The notes below the pieces were generated by a model that searched no databases, had not been told where the DNA came from, and saw only the letters and a program-made list of their open reading frames with translations. The translations under genes and the position numbers were made by a program. Below, piece by piece: positions 1-8,826 of a stretch of 32,000 nt of DNA. The DNA comes from Puniceicoccales bacterium (lineage in GTDB: Bacteria; Verrucomicrobiota; Verrucomicrobiia; Opitutales; JAIRLG01): assembly GCA_031288595.1 (NCBI GenBank), contig JAITRB010000011.1:29799-61798 (forward strand), read 5' to 3'. Numbering within the stretch: the stretch's first letter is position 1; each line of letters opens with the position of its first letter.

Positions 1-503
1 CCTATCGCCTGGCCCGCAAGGATAAGCAATGCTTTGGGGATGCGATTGAGGCGGCCAACGACACTACGTGCGGCGCCAGTGGTGGAGTGCCCTTCTATAC
101 CAATTCCGTCCACGTGCCGGTCAATCATACGGATGATCTTTTTGGCCTTCTCGATCATCAGGATGATCTGCAGACGAAATTCACCGGTGGTACCGTCGTG
201 CATCTCTTTCTGGGTGAGCGCCTAGAAGATCCCGAGGTCGTAAAGGGATTGGTCCGAAAGGTCGCGGAGAACTACCATCTGCCCTATTTCTCCCTCACGC
301 CGACCTTTTCCGTCTGTCCGGACCACGGCTATCTCCCCGGAGAACAGCCCCGCTGCTCCCGCTGTGACAAAACGACGGAGGTCTATTCCCGCGTCGTCGG
401 TTACTTGAGGCCTGTTCAGCAATGGAATGATGGGAAACAGGCAGAATTTAACCTGAGGAAAGAGCTGAAGTTCGCACAAGCTGAAGTTGCAGATTGTTCG
501 TAA
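1..503 (+). CDS. nrdD: Anaerobic ribonucleoside-triphosphate reductase (class III RNR), C-terminal part; 5' end outside window
   Basis: Frame 3 is open from base 3 to TAA at 501-503. The translation (...GGVPFYTNSVHVP...FSVCPDHGYLPGEQPRCSRCDKTTEVYSRVVGYLRPVQQWNDGK) carries the C-terminal Cys cluster and the glycyl-radical RVxGY motif typical of NrdD. An intrinsic terminator follows. Confidence 0.85.
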   Translation, partial: YRLARKDKQCFGDAIEAANDTTCGASGGVPFYTNSVHVPVNHTDDLFGLLDHQDDLQTKFTGGTVVHLFLGERLEDPEVVKGLVRKVAENYHLPYFSLTPTFSVCPDHGYLPGEQPRCSRCDKTTEVYSRVVGYLRPVQQWNDGKQAEFNLRKELKFAQAEVADCS

Positions 504-525
504 ATTCTGCTTTTGCACGAAAAGG

Positions 526-557
526 AAAACGACTCTCTCGTAGAGTCGTTTTTTTTT
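526..557 (+). terminator. Rho-independent terminator downstream of nrdD
   Basis: Stem acgactct (529-536) pairs with agagtcgt (542-549) around loop ctcgt, followed by a T8 run (550-557) and preceded by an A-rich tract. It lies 23 nt after the nrdD stop. Confidence 0.8.
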
Positions 558-1271
558 AGGGCAGTAAAGAAGCTGAGAGGGAATCGGTATTCTCTAGGGC
601 ACAGTCCTGTTCTTCTCGAGTGAGAACAGGGCTGTCTTGGTTTAGGTCAAATCGTTAAAAGGCCCTACGGCAGAGAAGAATAGAGCATGAGCCCTTTCTT
701 TTTCAGACAAAGAGCTGTAAGAACCTACTCTCTGAGCCCGAGCATATGGGAATTGCCTGTATGGCGATCGAGGTTTAGGGAAAATGCCATTCACGCAAAG
801 TCGAAGGCTCCCAAGGGGCTACTGGTTTCTAGGGGCCTTATCCTATCTATCGCCTTGTCGCACTTGGCTGCCTCATATGCTGCGAGATATTGTGCAGGAT
901 TTAAAGCGCATGGGTGCAGGCGTTTGGGCACGCCAACTCTTAATGAGTTGCTTCCCTAGATGCTTAGGGTCCCCTTTCAAGTCCGTTTTCCCAGACCATT
1001 GCATGAACTTTACTCAGGAACTTTAGCTGGAAATTTTCCCAGAACTTACGCTAGAACTTTGAGCAGAAGAGAGGGAAGGAGGAAAGATTGGGATAGATCC
1101 ATTCCCTTGATCGCCAATCGCAGCGGTTTGGCAGCTTGGGAGGCGGAGGAAGGTGAGGACGTTCTTCGCGATGAATATTCTTCCGCGCTATTCGTTCATC
1201 TCCCAGATGACAGGGTTAAGGGCATAATCATGCTAGGTACAATTTCCCGTCCTAAAATTTCTGGTAGCCGA

Positions 1272-2048
1272 CTAGGGAAGCGTTCTGCTCTCCCCGTTCC
1301 GCTCTTCATCCCCATAAGCCACATATTCTAGGAACAATCCTTTAGCCGGAGCCGTTGGGATTTTCTCCATCTTCTCTTGACGAAAAAAGGCATTGAGAAC
1401 TTCTTCCGCACTCAGCTGTCCGAGGGCAATTTCCATCGCAGCGCCGGCGATGCGACGGGCCATTTTGTAGAGATACCCGCTGGACTCGATGATCATCTCG
1501 ACCCGTGGGTCCTCGCGGATGAACTCGAGACGTCGCAGCTGCTTGACAGGATTTTCCTGCCGGTCTGGGCGGGAGGCCCCGAAAGTCGAGAAGTCATGGA
1601 GACCGATGAGGGTGGAGCGGAAAGGCCCCAAAAGCCCCAGAGAGAGACGGCGTTCGCCGAGGCTGTGGACATAGCGCCACTGGAAGGGCGAAGGGAAGCC
1701 CTCGTAGAAGGAATAGGTATAGCGCTTCCAAAGGGTGGAGTAGCGTGCATGGAAACTGTCCTCGGTGGGCGAAAGGGAGAAAATCTGAATTTCCGCCGGC
1801 AGGCCAGAGCGCAATGCGCGGAGGAGGGCCAAAGGTCCATGGGGCCAGTCGGCATCGAAGTGAAAGACCTGATCGCGTGCATGAACACCGGCATCGGTGC
1901 GGCCACTGCCGTGGATGCGAATCGGTCGATGAAGGATTGCCGCCAGGTGGGCCTCGATGAAGTCCTGCACCGTATGGCCGCCGATTTGACTCTGCCAACC
2001 GTGGAAAGGAGTCCCATCGTAGGCGCAATGGGCGCACCAGCGCGTCAT
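1272..2048 (-). CDS. truA: tRNA pseudouridine(38-40) synthase TruA
   Basis: Translation from ATG 2048-2046 (MTRWCAHCAYDGTPFHGWQSQ...GSGRTDAGVHA...) shows the TruA N-terminus and catalytic RTDxGVH motif. The ORF-track start at 2132 is an ATT codon. The ATG overlaps the lepB stop as ATGA, suggesting translational coupling. Confidence 0.9.
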   Translation of the reverse strand: MTRWCAHCAYDGTPFHGWQSQIGGHTVQDFIEAHLAAILHRPIRIHGSGRTDAGVHARDQVFHFDADWPHGPLALLRALRSGLPAEIQIFSLSPTEDSFHARYSTLWKRYTYSFYEGFPSPFQWRYVHSLGERRLSLGLLGPFRSTLIGLHDFSTFGASRPDRQENPVKQLRRLEFIREDPRVEMIIESSGYLYKMARRIAGAAMEIALGQLSAEEVLNAFFRQEKMEKIPTAPAKGLFLEYVAYGDEERNGESRTLP

Positions 2049-3325
2049 TGGGCCAGGCCCCAGCGGGAAGTGAAGGGGTAGAAGATGAAAGAGGCTCGGC
2101 CTATGACCTCCTTCTGCGGCACCGGCCCCCAATAGCGACTGTCCCCGCTGTAAGGAGAATTATCCCCCATGGCGAAGAAATGCTCCTCCGGAACCCTTAC
2201 GTCATTACCCTTGACGAGCGAGCCTGAGGCGGTGTATCCCCGATAGGGTGGCAGCTGCGCATGATTCTTTCGAAAGGCGGAGCAGTTATCCAGGACCTTG
2301 CCGTTGCGGAGAAGTTTGGGCTCCTGCACCTCCAATTTATCCCCGCCTTGGCCGACGAGACGCTTGATGTAATATTTGTCGCTGCCCATGAGCTCGGGAA
2401 TATTGCGCGTCCGGAAGACGAAGGGATCACCGACCTGCGGTCGAGCGAAGTGGTAGCGCAGGCGGTTGACGAAGAGCATGTCTCCGCTCAGGATATCGAA
2501 GGTAAGCAGAGGTTCATCCTTCTTCTTCCTGATGGAAGTATTCAGATAGGTCTTGTATCCCTTGCGGGTGATGAAGCGGCGCACGTCACCCTGGAAAACC
2601 TGCGACCATGAGTCCTTGTCGGGATAGAAGGACTGTAGGACGACCTCATCGAGAGAAAACTCGAGCGGCACCCGCACGTCGACCGGTGAGTCGCGGATGT
2701 AGAAGCGGTAGGAGCGCAGTTTTGTCGGCAGGAGGCCGAAATACTTCCGCCCGTCGACGACCTGGTAGCTCAGGACTCCCCCATAGGGCGTCGGATGCTC
2801 GTCCCGCATCATCAGAGGGAGGAAGATCTCTCCCCGCACCGGACAGTGGGCACTATAGCGCACTGCACCGAGGCAGAGGAAGCGGAAAACCTTGCGCCAG
2901 GCCTTCGGGGCAGGATTTTTTTTGGAAAAGACCTCAAAGGTCATACCGGCATAGGTGGGGTACATGGAATTGGTCGGGATCTTAAAGGGCTGGAAGAAGA
3001 AGCAGCGGATGCTGAGGGCGACGATGGCCGCCACCAGGAAGACCTCGGCATTTTCCGTCCAGAATCCCTGGGGATAGACAGCGCCCCCATACTTTCTGGC
3101 CCGATTTTGAGCCACTTGGCAGGAGGACAGAATTTCCTCCTCGTCCGCGTCGGCCTTTTTCAAAAGCGCCTGTAGCGTTTTTGCCGACTCCCGCAGCTCT
3201 TGCAGACCTTCCTCCGGCAGACAATCCCGACGATAGGCCACGACCTTGCGCACTGCGTACAGCAGATTTTCGATGGATTTTCTCTGTCTCTGCAGGGGAG
3301 ATTTTTTGCGAAGAAAGCTGAACAT
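2045..3325 (-). CDS. lepB: Signal peptidase I (S26) with a long N-terminal cytoplasmic extension
   Basis: 426 aa with an ATG start. S26 boxes are present: IPTNSMYPT (Ser box), SGDMLFVNR, YIKRLVG (Lys box) and GDNSPYSGDSRYWGPVP. One hydrophobic segment (VFLVAAIVALSI) precedes the Ser box. Confidence 0.9.
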   Translation of the reverse strand: MFSFLRKKSPLQRQRKSIENLLYAVRKVVAYRRDCLPEEGLQELRESAKTLQALLKKADADEEEILSSCQVAQNRARKYGGAVYPQGFWTENAEVFLVAAIVALSIRCFFFQPFKIPTNSMYPTYAGMTFEVFSKKNPAPKAWRKVFRFLCLGAVRYSAHCPVRGEIFLPLMMRDEHPTPYGGVLSYQVVDGRKYFGLLPTKLRSYRFYIRDSPVDVRVPLEFSLDEVVLQSFYPDKDSWSQVFQGDVRRFITRKGYKTYLNTSIRKKKDEPLLTFDILSGDMLFVNRLRYHFARPQVGDPFVFRTRNIPELMGSDKYYIKRLVGQGGDKLEVQEPKLLRNGKVLDNCSAFRKNHAQLPPYRGYTASGSLVKGNDVRVPEEHFFAMGDNSPYSGDSRYWGPVPQKEVIGRASFIFYPFTSRWGLAQ

Positions 3326-3330
3326 TTAGC

Positions 3331-4464
3331 TCAGAGCACCCAGTCGTAGCTCCCTTCAGTGAGCTTCTCGCCGTCCTCTTCCCGGACGAGCAGGGTATCC
3401 TCGATGCGCACCCCGCCCTCCGGATAATAGAGCCCGGGTTCGACCGTAATGACCATGTTCTTGGCAAGCCGGCCGGCCCCATGCGCGAGCCGCGGCTCCT
3501 CGTGAATGTCCAGGCCGACCCCATGGCCAGTGTTGTGGATAAAGCCCGTACAGCCCTCTGGGGAAATGTGCATCGGCCAGCCCTCCGCTTCGAAAAAGGC
3601 GACATTGCGCTTGTGAATCTCGGCGGCGGAAGCACCCTCGCGTACCTGTGCCACACTCCGACGATGGGACTCCAAAACAGCATCGTAGAGCTTTTGCTGT
3701 TGCGCTGAAGGCTCGCCCCTGATGAAGGTGCGCGTCATGTCTCCCCAGTAGCCACTGGACTTCAGGCGCGGGAAGAGATCGACGACGATGGGCTGATGGG
3801 CACGGAGGATCCCCTGTCCTTCCTCATGCGGCTGGCCGCTCTGGGAACCGCAGGATGCGATGGTATTTTCGGCTAACGCCCCCTGCCGGAAGCAGAAGAG
3901 TTCGATCGACTCCTTTAAAAATTCGGAACGGAGGGGCTTCCCCTCGAATACAAGGCTTCCATCCGCCGCGATTTCGCTCCGGAGCAGGATTTCACGGGCC
4001 AAGGCCATGCCTCCGGATGTTATCGCCGCCGCCCGGCGAAGTTCTGCGACCTCCGCTTCTCCCTTAATCGCCCTTTCTGGCAGAAAAGGATCGGGCAAGA
4101 CATTGAAGGAAAGGCCTCGTTCCTGCAGGCGGAGGAGCGCTGCAGCTGGGAAATTGGACGGAAGTTGCCAGTGCGTGAAACCGTGATCTTTCTCCAGGCG
4201 CGACAGAATCGAGGCAATTTTTTGAAAGAGGGAGCAGCTGCGTTCTTCCGGAGCGAGGAAATCTTCCCAAAGCCAGACTTCATCGAAGCGGGAGTGCTGC
4301 CGGAGCCGGTCTCGCTCCAGGCTGTGGATAAAGGCCATGCGACGCCCCTCTCCCACAATGGCAAGAAAGGGATCTATGACCGAAATACCGGCCCAGTAGA
4401 GCAGATCGGTGTCGCGGCAGGTGTCGGAAAAAATGACTTTGGCGATACTTGCCATGAATGGCAT
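3331..4464 (-). CDS. M24-family Xaa-Pro aminopeptidase/dipeptidase
   Basis: 377 aa. Metal-ligand region VVDLFPR...GYWGDMTRTF and HNTGHGVGLDIHEEP...VITVEPGLY...GGVRIEDT match the M24B pita-bread fold. The stop lies 5 nt upstream of the lepB start, so an operon is likely. Confidence 0.85.
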   Translation of the reverse strand: MPFMASIAKVIFSDTCRDTDLLYWAGISVIDPFLAIVGEGRRMAFIHSLERDRLRQHSRFDEVWLWEDFLAPEERSCSLFQKIASILSRLEKDHGFTHWQLPSNFPAAALLRLQERGLSFNVLPDPFLPERAIKGEAEVAELRRAAAITSGGMALAREILLRSEIAADGSLVFEGKPLRSEFLKESIELFCFRQGALAENTIASCGSQSGQPHEEGQGILRAHQPIVVDLFPRLKSSGYWGDMTRTFIRGEPSAQQQKLYDAVLESHRRSVAQVREGASAAEIHKRNVAFFEAEGWPMHISPEGCTGFIHNTGHGVGLDIHEEPRLAHGAGRLAKNMVITVEPGLYYPEGGVRIEDTLLVREEDGEKLTEGSYDWVL

Positions 4465-4482
4465 GAGAAATGGACAGAAGTG

Positions 4483-5139
4483 CTAGAGTTCGAGCTGATA
4501 GTTCCTGGCCAGCTCCTTCGCCTGTTCTTGCCAGATTTCTCCGTAATCCCCGCCGACCAGGTAGCTGAGCGACTGCTTCGCCTTGTGCGGCTTTCCGCGC
4601 TCCATGGAGAGAATGGCCAAGAGGTAGAAGGCTTCGCCCCGAAGCGAGCGCGGGTAATGCATGTTCGTCGCCGCGGAGAGCAGCGCGATGCGCCCTTCCT
4701 CCGCCTCACCGCCGAGCAGAAGGCTCATCGCTTTGCCCAGCGCCGCCCGTCCACCCAAAATACCCCCCTTCAGGGCGGACTGGGCTCGGTCGTAGTGCTG
4801 AGCCGCTGGCGAATAGTTCTTCGCCCGATAGGCCTGGTCTGCCGCTTCCAAAAAACAAAGACCGGCCAGGGGATGAGAGCGATGTTTTTCGGCAAACGAG
4901 AGCCTATCCTCCGGAGTCTGAAGTGCTGCGAAGCGATGCTCTAGGCGCTTCCCATAAATATCCCTTAGCCACAGAGCCAGGGGCAATACGATTCCCACCG
5001 AGAGCAGCAGGTATAAGGCCCGGCGGACATGGTGCGCCCGTACCCTGAGAAGGTGCCAGCACTTCTCCTCGAAGGGTAGTTCCTTTTGGAAGGCAATATC
5101 GAGGACTTTGGAAGGCTCATCGGCACCCGGATGGCTCAT
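4483..5139 (-). CDS. Membrane-anchored TPR-like protein (YfgM-like architecture)
   Basis: 218 aa with an ATG start. It has one N-terminal TM helix (ALYLLLSVGIVLPLALWL) followed by an Ala/Leu-rich helical-repeat region. The family assignment is by architecture only. Confidence 0.55.
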   Translation of the reverse strand: MSHPGADEPSKVLDIAFQKELPFEEKCWHLLRVRAHHVRRALYLLLSVGIVLPLALWLRDIYGKRLEHRFAALQTPEDRLSFAEKHRSHPLAGLCFLEAADQAYRAKNYSPAAQHYDRAQSALKGGILGGRAALGKAMSLLLGGEAEEGRIALLSAATNMHYPRSLRGEAFYLLAILSMERGKPHKAKQSLSYLVGGDYGEIWQEQAKELARNYQLEL

Positions 5140-5244
5140 GGCTTACTTGTTCCAGCCGGAGCTAAGAGAAGTCATGGAGAAAGTCAAATGCTCTGTCCTT
5201 AAAAATATCCCATGCCTGTTAGGACCGGCCGTGAGAATGCCCAT

Positions 5245-6069
5245 TCATCCCTCTGCATTAGAAGAAATGGCTCTGCGCTGCCGCAGGGCCTCGTAGAGAA
5301 CGATGGCGGCCGCGGCGGAGACATTGAGCGAATCCGAAATTCCCCATTGCGGAATACGGGCAGGCGTTGCCAGCGGGTCTTGGAACCATGGAGACGAGAG
5401 ACCTTCCTTTTCCGAACCGAGGATGATAGCCGTGGGCCGCCGCAGATCCAGCGACCAAAAGGGAATCTCGGCCCGAGGGCTCAGGACAATCCACTGCCAA
5501 GCCCTATCCCGGCTGAAGGCTTCCCATTCCGAATAGGAGGGAAGAGCGATGGGGAGGGAGAAAATCGCCCCCTGGGAAGCCCGAATGCACTGGGGATTGC
5601 AGAGATCGCTGCGGGGACTCAGGACCACGAGCGCATCGACTCCGACCGCATCGGCGCTGCGGGCCAGTGCGCCTAGATTGCCGGGTTTCTCGATGCCCTC
5701 GACCCCCAGCAGTAGGGGATTTTCGGACCATGCAATTTGTTCCAGTTGCTTTTCAAAGGGTATTCCCAAGCCCAGTAGGCCATCGGGGCCCTCGCGCAGT
5801 GAGATTTTTTCGAACGCATAGGGCGAGACCTCATAGACGGGAATACTGGCCTCCGCCTCGAGCTTGTGCAGAAAGATCCCGTGTTCCGGCGAGGAGAAAT
5901 GGGAAGGGCAGCTGTAGAGCTCTCGCAGGCACTGCGCCCGATGGGCTCGCTGAAGCTCACGCAGGCCCTCGATGATATAAGTCCCGTGCGCGTCCCGTTC
6001 AGAGCGCTTTTTCAAGCTATCGAGGAACCGAATGCGCGGATTTTTCCGACTCGAGAGGAGGTCTTCCAT
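5245..6069 (-). CDS. SpoU/TrmH-family RNA 2'-O-methyltransferase
   Basis: 274 aa. SpoU motifs are present: GVEGIEKPGNLGALARSADAVG, IILGSEKEGLS and IPQWGISDSLNVSAAAAIVLYE. Confidence 0.85.
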   Translation of the reverse strand: MEDLLSSRKNPRIRFLDSLKKRSERDAHGTYIIEGLRELQRAHRAQCLRELYSCPSHFSSPEHGIFLHKLEAEASIPVYEVSPYAFEKISLREGPDGLLGLGIPFEKQLEQIAWSENPLLLGVEGIEKPGNLGALARSADAVGVDALVVLSPRSDLCNPQCIRASQGAIFSLPIALPSYSEWEAFSRDRAWQWIVLSPRAEIPFWSLDLRRPTAIILGSEKEGLSSPWFQDPLATPARIPQWGISDSLNVSAAAAIVLYEALRQRRAISSNAEG

Positions 6070-6129
6070 ACCATGGATTTAGGCATTTTACAGCTCGCGT
6101 CCAGCTCCATGCATGGTCTCATGTCGGTA

Positions 6130-6222
6130 CGCTGCCTTTGGAGCCCTCCGGGCTCCTGCCCGCTCCGCGGGCAGCCGCAGCGGAAGAAAAGGGCCCTTTT
6201 CTTCCGCTGCTCAAAGGCAGCG
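6130..6222 (-). repeat. Four-way-junction palindromic element, copy G (order short-short-long on + strand)
   Basis: Closing stem cgctgcctttg (6130-6140) pairs with caaaggcagcg (6212-6222). Inside are gagccc-tcc-gggctc (6141-6155), ctgcccgc-tcc-gcgggcag (6156-6174) and a perfect 34-nt palindrome gcagcggaagaaaaggg/cccttttcttccgctgc (6177-6210). It lies in the trmH-like/dprA spacer. Confidence 0.85.
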
Positions 6223-6317
6223 CGAACAACAGATTTTCCCAAGTTTCTCTTAACAAAGCTCCCTTTCCTCTACCTTTCCCGGCATGTGGGGGAAGCGGTG
6301 CAAAGTCCCAATGGCCA

Positions 6318-7463
6318 TCAGGCCAGGCACTCGTAGTGCCCCGAGGGAGATTGGGTGACGACCTGCTGGAGCTCCAGCATTTGCAGGCTGGAGATGATCT
6401 GCTGGGGCTGGTGTTCCAGTTTTTGGAGGATTCCATCAAGGCTGAGCCTGTCATGCTGGCCGATGAGCTCGTAGAGCGCCCTTTCCAGCTCGGTCTTCAG
6501 CATAGCGCCCATGTCCGACCTGTGCGGCTTCGCCGGTGGAATCGCTTCGGCCGCTTGCCTATTGGAAGAGTCCGCCTGGAGAAAGGGAAGCTCCTCGAAA
6601 ATATCCTCCACCCTGGAGAGCAGCGTGGCCCCTTCTCGTATGAGCGCCAGACAGCCCTGGCTCGTGGGCTGGTCAATGCGCCCCGGAACGGCAAAAACCT
6701 GCCGCCCTTGCTCGGCCGCCAGGCGGGCGGTGATCATGCTCCCGCCATGGCAGGTCGTCTCGATGACGATGATGGCCTGGGACAGCCCAGAGATGATCCG
6801 GTTTCGAATCGGGAAGTGATGCTTCTCCGCCGGATAGGCGAGCGGAAATTCGGACAGGACGCAGCTCCCGGGCGCCTGGATGATTTTCTGGTAAAGCGCC
6901 CGATGAATCCGGGGATAGATGACATCTACCCCCGTTCCCAAAACCGCCACCGTGCGTCCACCGACCGCCAAAGCACCCTCGTGAGCCGCTGCATCGATGC
7001 CCTGGGCCAGACCACTGACGATGCTGTAGTCCCTCTGGGCCAGATCACGGGCCAGTTGATGGGCGATCTTCAGCCCGTAGGGCGTGGCCTGCCGACTGCC
7101 CACGATGGCGATACATCGGGAATGGGCTTCCGGGGAACCTCTGCAGTAGAGTCCAATCGGCGGGTCGTAAATTTCCCGAAGCAGCGGTGGGTAGAGCACA
7201 TCATCGGACGGCAGGAAAGAAATGCCCTGGGCCTGCATTTTTTCCCATTCCTCCTGAAGGGAGAAATAGCGAGCGGGGTGCGAGATGACCTCTCGTGCCT
7301 CTTGGGATAGACCCGGAACCTTCCGCAGCTCCTCATCACTGGCTTCCAAGATGCGCGAGGGGTCGTGGTCGAAATGGGCCCAGAGTTTCCGGTAGCTCAC
7401 GGGGCCGATTTTCGGCAGTGCATTGAGTAGCAGGCAGGCCTGAACTCCGGATAGTCCTTTCAT
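6318..7463 (-). CDS. dprA: DNA-processing protein DprA (Smf)
   Basis: 381 aa with an ATG start. The DprA Rossmann-like core is present: IVSGLAQGIDAAAHEGAL...AVLGTGVDVIYP...FPIRNRIISGLS...VIETTCHGGSMITARLAAEQGRQVFAVPG. Confidence 0.9.
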   Translation of the reverse strand: MKGLSGVQACLLLNALPKIGPVSYRKLWAHFDHDPSRILEASDEELRKVPGLSQEAREVISHPARYFSLQEEWEKMQAQGISFLPSDDVLYPPLLREIYDPPIGLYCRGSPEAHSRCIAIVGSRQATPYGLKIAHQLARDLAQRDYSIVSGLAQGIDAAAHEGALAVGGRTVAVLGTGVDVIYPRIHRALYQKIIQAPGSCVLSEFPLAYPAEKHHFPIRNRIISGLSQAIIVIETTCHGGSMITARLAAEQGRQVFAVPGRIDQPTSQGCLALIREGATLLSRVEDIFEELPFLQADSSNRQAAEAIPPAKPHRSDMGAMLKTELERALYELIGQHDRLSLDGILQKLEHQPQQIISSLQMLELQQVVTQSPSGHYECLA

Positions 7464-7614
7464 GGATCCGTGGGTCTGTCACAGTTTCTTCCACCTGTCC
7501 AGACTAAAAACACGTGGTCCGCAGGCTATGGGGATTCGTTCTCCGATTTTGCTTCGTCGAGGGGAAGAAGGCTGTCGCCCATGGGACGATGGGGCTTATC
7601 CCATCGGGTCTCGC

Positions 7615-7705
7615 GCTGTCTTTGCAAGGATGAAAATAAAAATCCTTTTTATTTTCATCCTTGAGGCCCGCTCCGCGGGCGCTCCCGAAGGGAGCCAAAG
7701 ACAGC
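7615..7705 (+). repeat. Four-way-junction palindromic element, copy A (long-short-short)
   Basis: Closing stem gctgtctttg (7615-7624) pairs with caaagacagc (7696-7705). Inside are a perfect 18-bp AT-rich hairpin caaggatgaaaataaaaa-tcc-tttttattttcatccttg (7625-7663), gcccgc-tcc-gcgggc (7666-7680) and gctccc-gaa-gggagc (7681-7695). Confidence 0.9.
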
Positions 7706-7764
7706 CGGCAAAACAAAGCGGGGATATTCGAGAAGCGCCCCTCACTCGGACTATCACCTCCCAA

Positions 7765-8673
7765 CTAGGCCGTCAGAAAGACCTGAATCTTTTCCAGAAT
7801 CTCGGGGTTGGCATCTTCCAGAACCCAGTGACCTGCCTGGGGAAAACAGAGCGTCTGGGCATCGGGGAAGAACTCCTGCCACTTCTTCAAAAAAGCTCCA
7901 GTGAAACAGAAGTCCTTCATCCCCCAGGCGAGTAGAACCGGCTTCCCCCGTAGGATCGGAACCTGCTCCTCGATGGTCTGCAGCGTTTTCCAGCTCCGGT
8001 GGCGCCGCTTGAGAGGGATGTCCTTGACGAAGGCGTTGATGGCGATGCGATGGGCCCAGGAATCATAGGGGAAGAGATAGCCTCGGCGCACTTCTTCCGG
8101 CAGTTCCTTTCGAACGCAGAGGGAGGTGGCGGCCCAGGCGAACCCATTTAGGCCCCTCACGAGCAGGGTTCCCGGGAAACGGGTTTTGGCTAGGGCGATC
8201 GGCCAGGGGATGTTTTTCGACACAAAGGCCGCTCCATTCAGGATGACCAGACTCTGGACGCGCTCGGCGTAGAGCTCGGCGATGGCCAGTCCAATGGGGC
8301 AACCCCAATCGTGTAGGATGAGGTGAAAGGCCCTTGCCTGTACCTTTTCCACCAGGGCCGAGGCATTGGCGATATGGTTGTCCAGGGAATAGTGGTAATG
8401 CTTCGGCTTATCCGAAAGGCCACAACCGAGATGGTCAAGGGCGACGCAGCGAAACTGCTCGCGCAGCTGGGAAATCAGGTGGCGGTAATGGAAGGACCAG
8501 GTCGGATTGCCGTGGAATAGGAAGATGCATTCCCCATGACCTTCGTCGACGTAGGATAGGCGATGGCCCTCAGCCGTTCGCAGGACCTGCCGCTCAAAGG
8601 GATACTGAACCCTCAGCCATGTCGGTAAGTCCTCTTCCACTGGCCAGAGGAAAGACAAAACGCCTCTGGCCAC
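7765..8673 (-). CDS. Alpha/beta-fold hydrolase, haloalkane-dehalogenase-like
   Basis: 302 aa with a GTG start. Motifs FLFHGNPTWSFHYRH, LDHLGCGLSDKP, nucleophile elbow ILHDWGCPIG and a C-terminal GHWVLED (His of the triad). Confidence 0.8.
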   Translation of the reverse strand: MARGVLSFLWPVEEDLPTWLRVQYPFERQVLRTAEGHRLSYVDEGHGECIFLFHGNPTWSFHYRHLISQLREQFRCVALDHLGCGLSDKPKHYHYSLDNHIANASALVEKVQARAFHLILHDWGCPIGLAIAELYAERVQSLVILNGAAFVSKNIPWPIALAKTRFPGTLLVRGLNGFAWAATSLCVRKELPEEVRRGYLFPYDSWAHRIAINAFVKDIPLKRRHRSWKTLQTIEEQVPILRGKPVLLAWGMKDFCFTGAFLKKWQEFFPDAQTLCFPQAGHWVLEDANPEILEKIQVFLTA

Positions 8674-8826
8674 AAGAACAGATTCTTCGGAGAAAGAGCA
8701 TCGCTTCTCTGCTTACCGCTGCAGGCTCTGATCCCTAGATAGCATTCCCTTTACTGCTAGCTCCATCTCCTGGAGCCTGTCCATCTTCCGTGTTTTCATC
8801 TGGGCGAAAAACCTTCTTATCGCCGG

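Noticed and set aside
601-640. Possible degenerate ninth copy of the element, because GCTGTCTTGG follows a long hairpin
   Set aside because: The GCTGTCTTGG string overlaps the hairpin's own right arm. No complementary CCAAGACAGC partner and no pair of short hairpins are present. It is treated as an independent hairpin, possibly a second terminator.
1075-1095. RNase P RNA-like GGAGGAAAG motif in the nrdD/truA spacer
   Set aside because: The motif continues as ATTGGG rather than the conserved GUCCGGGC of P4, and no matching 3' P4 strand or other conserved RNase P helices were found nearby.
7615-7705. tRNA-like or tRNA-derived cloverleaf interpretation of the four-way elements
   Set aside because: The arms have 3-nt loops and no 7-nt anticodon or T loops. 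There is no GTTC/T-loop or D-loop consensus. The closing stem is 10-13 bp and one arm is 14-18 bp. The geometry is incompatible with tRNA.
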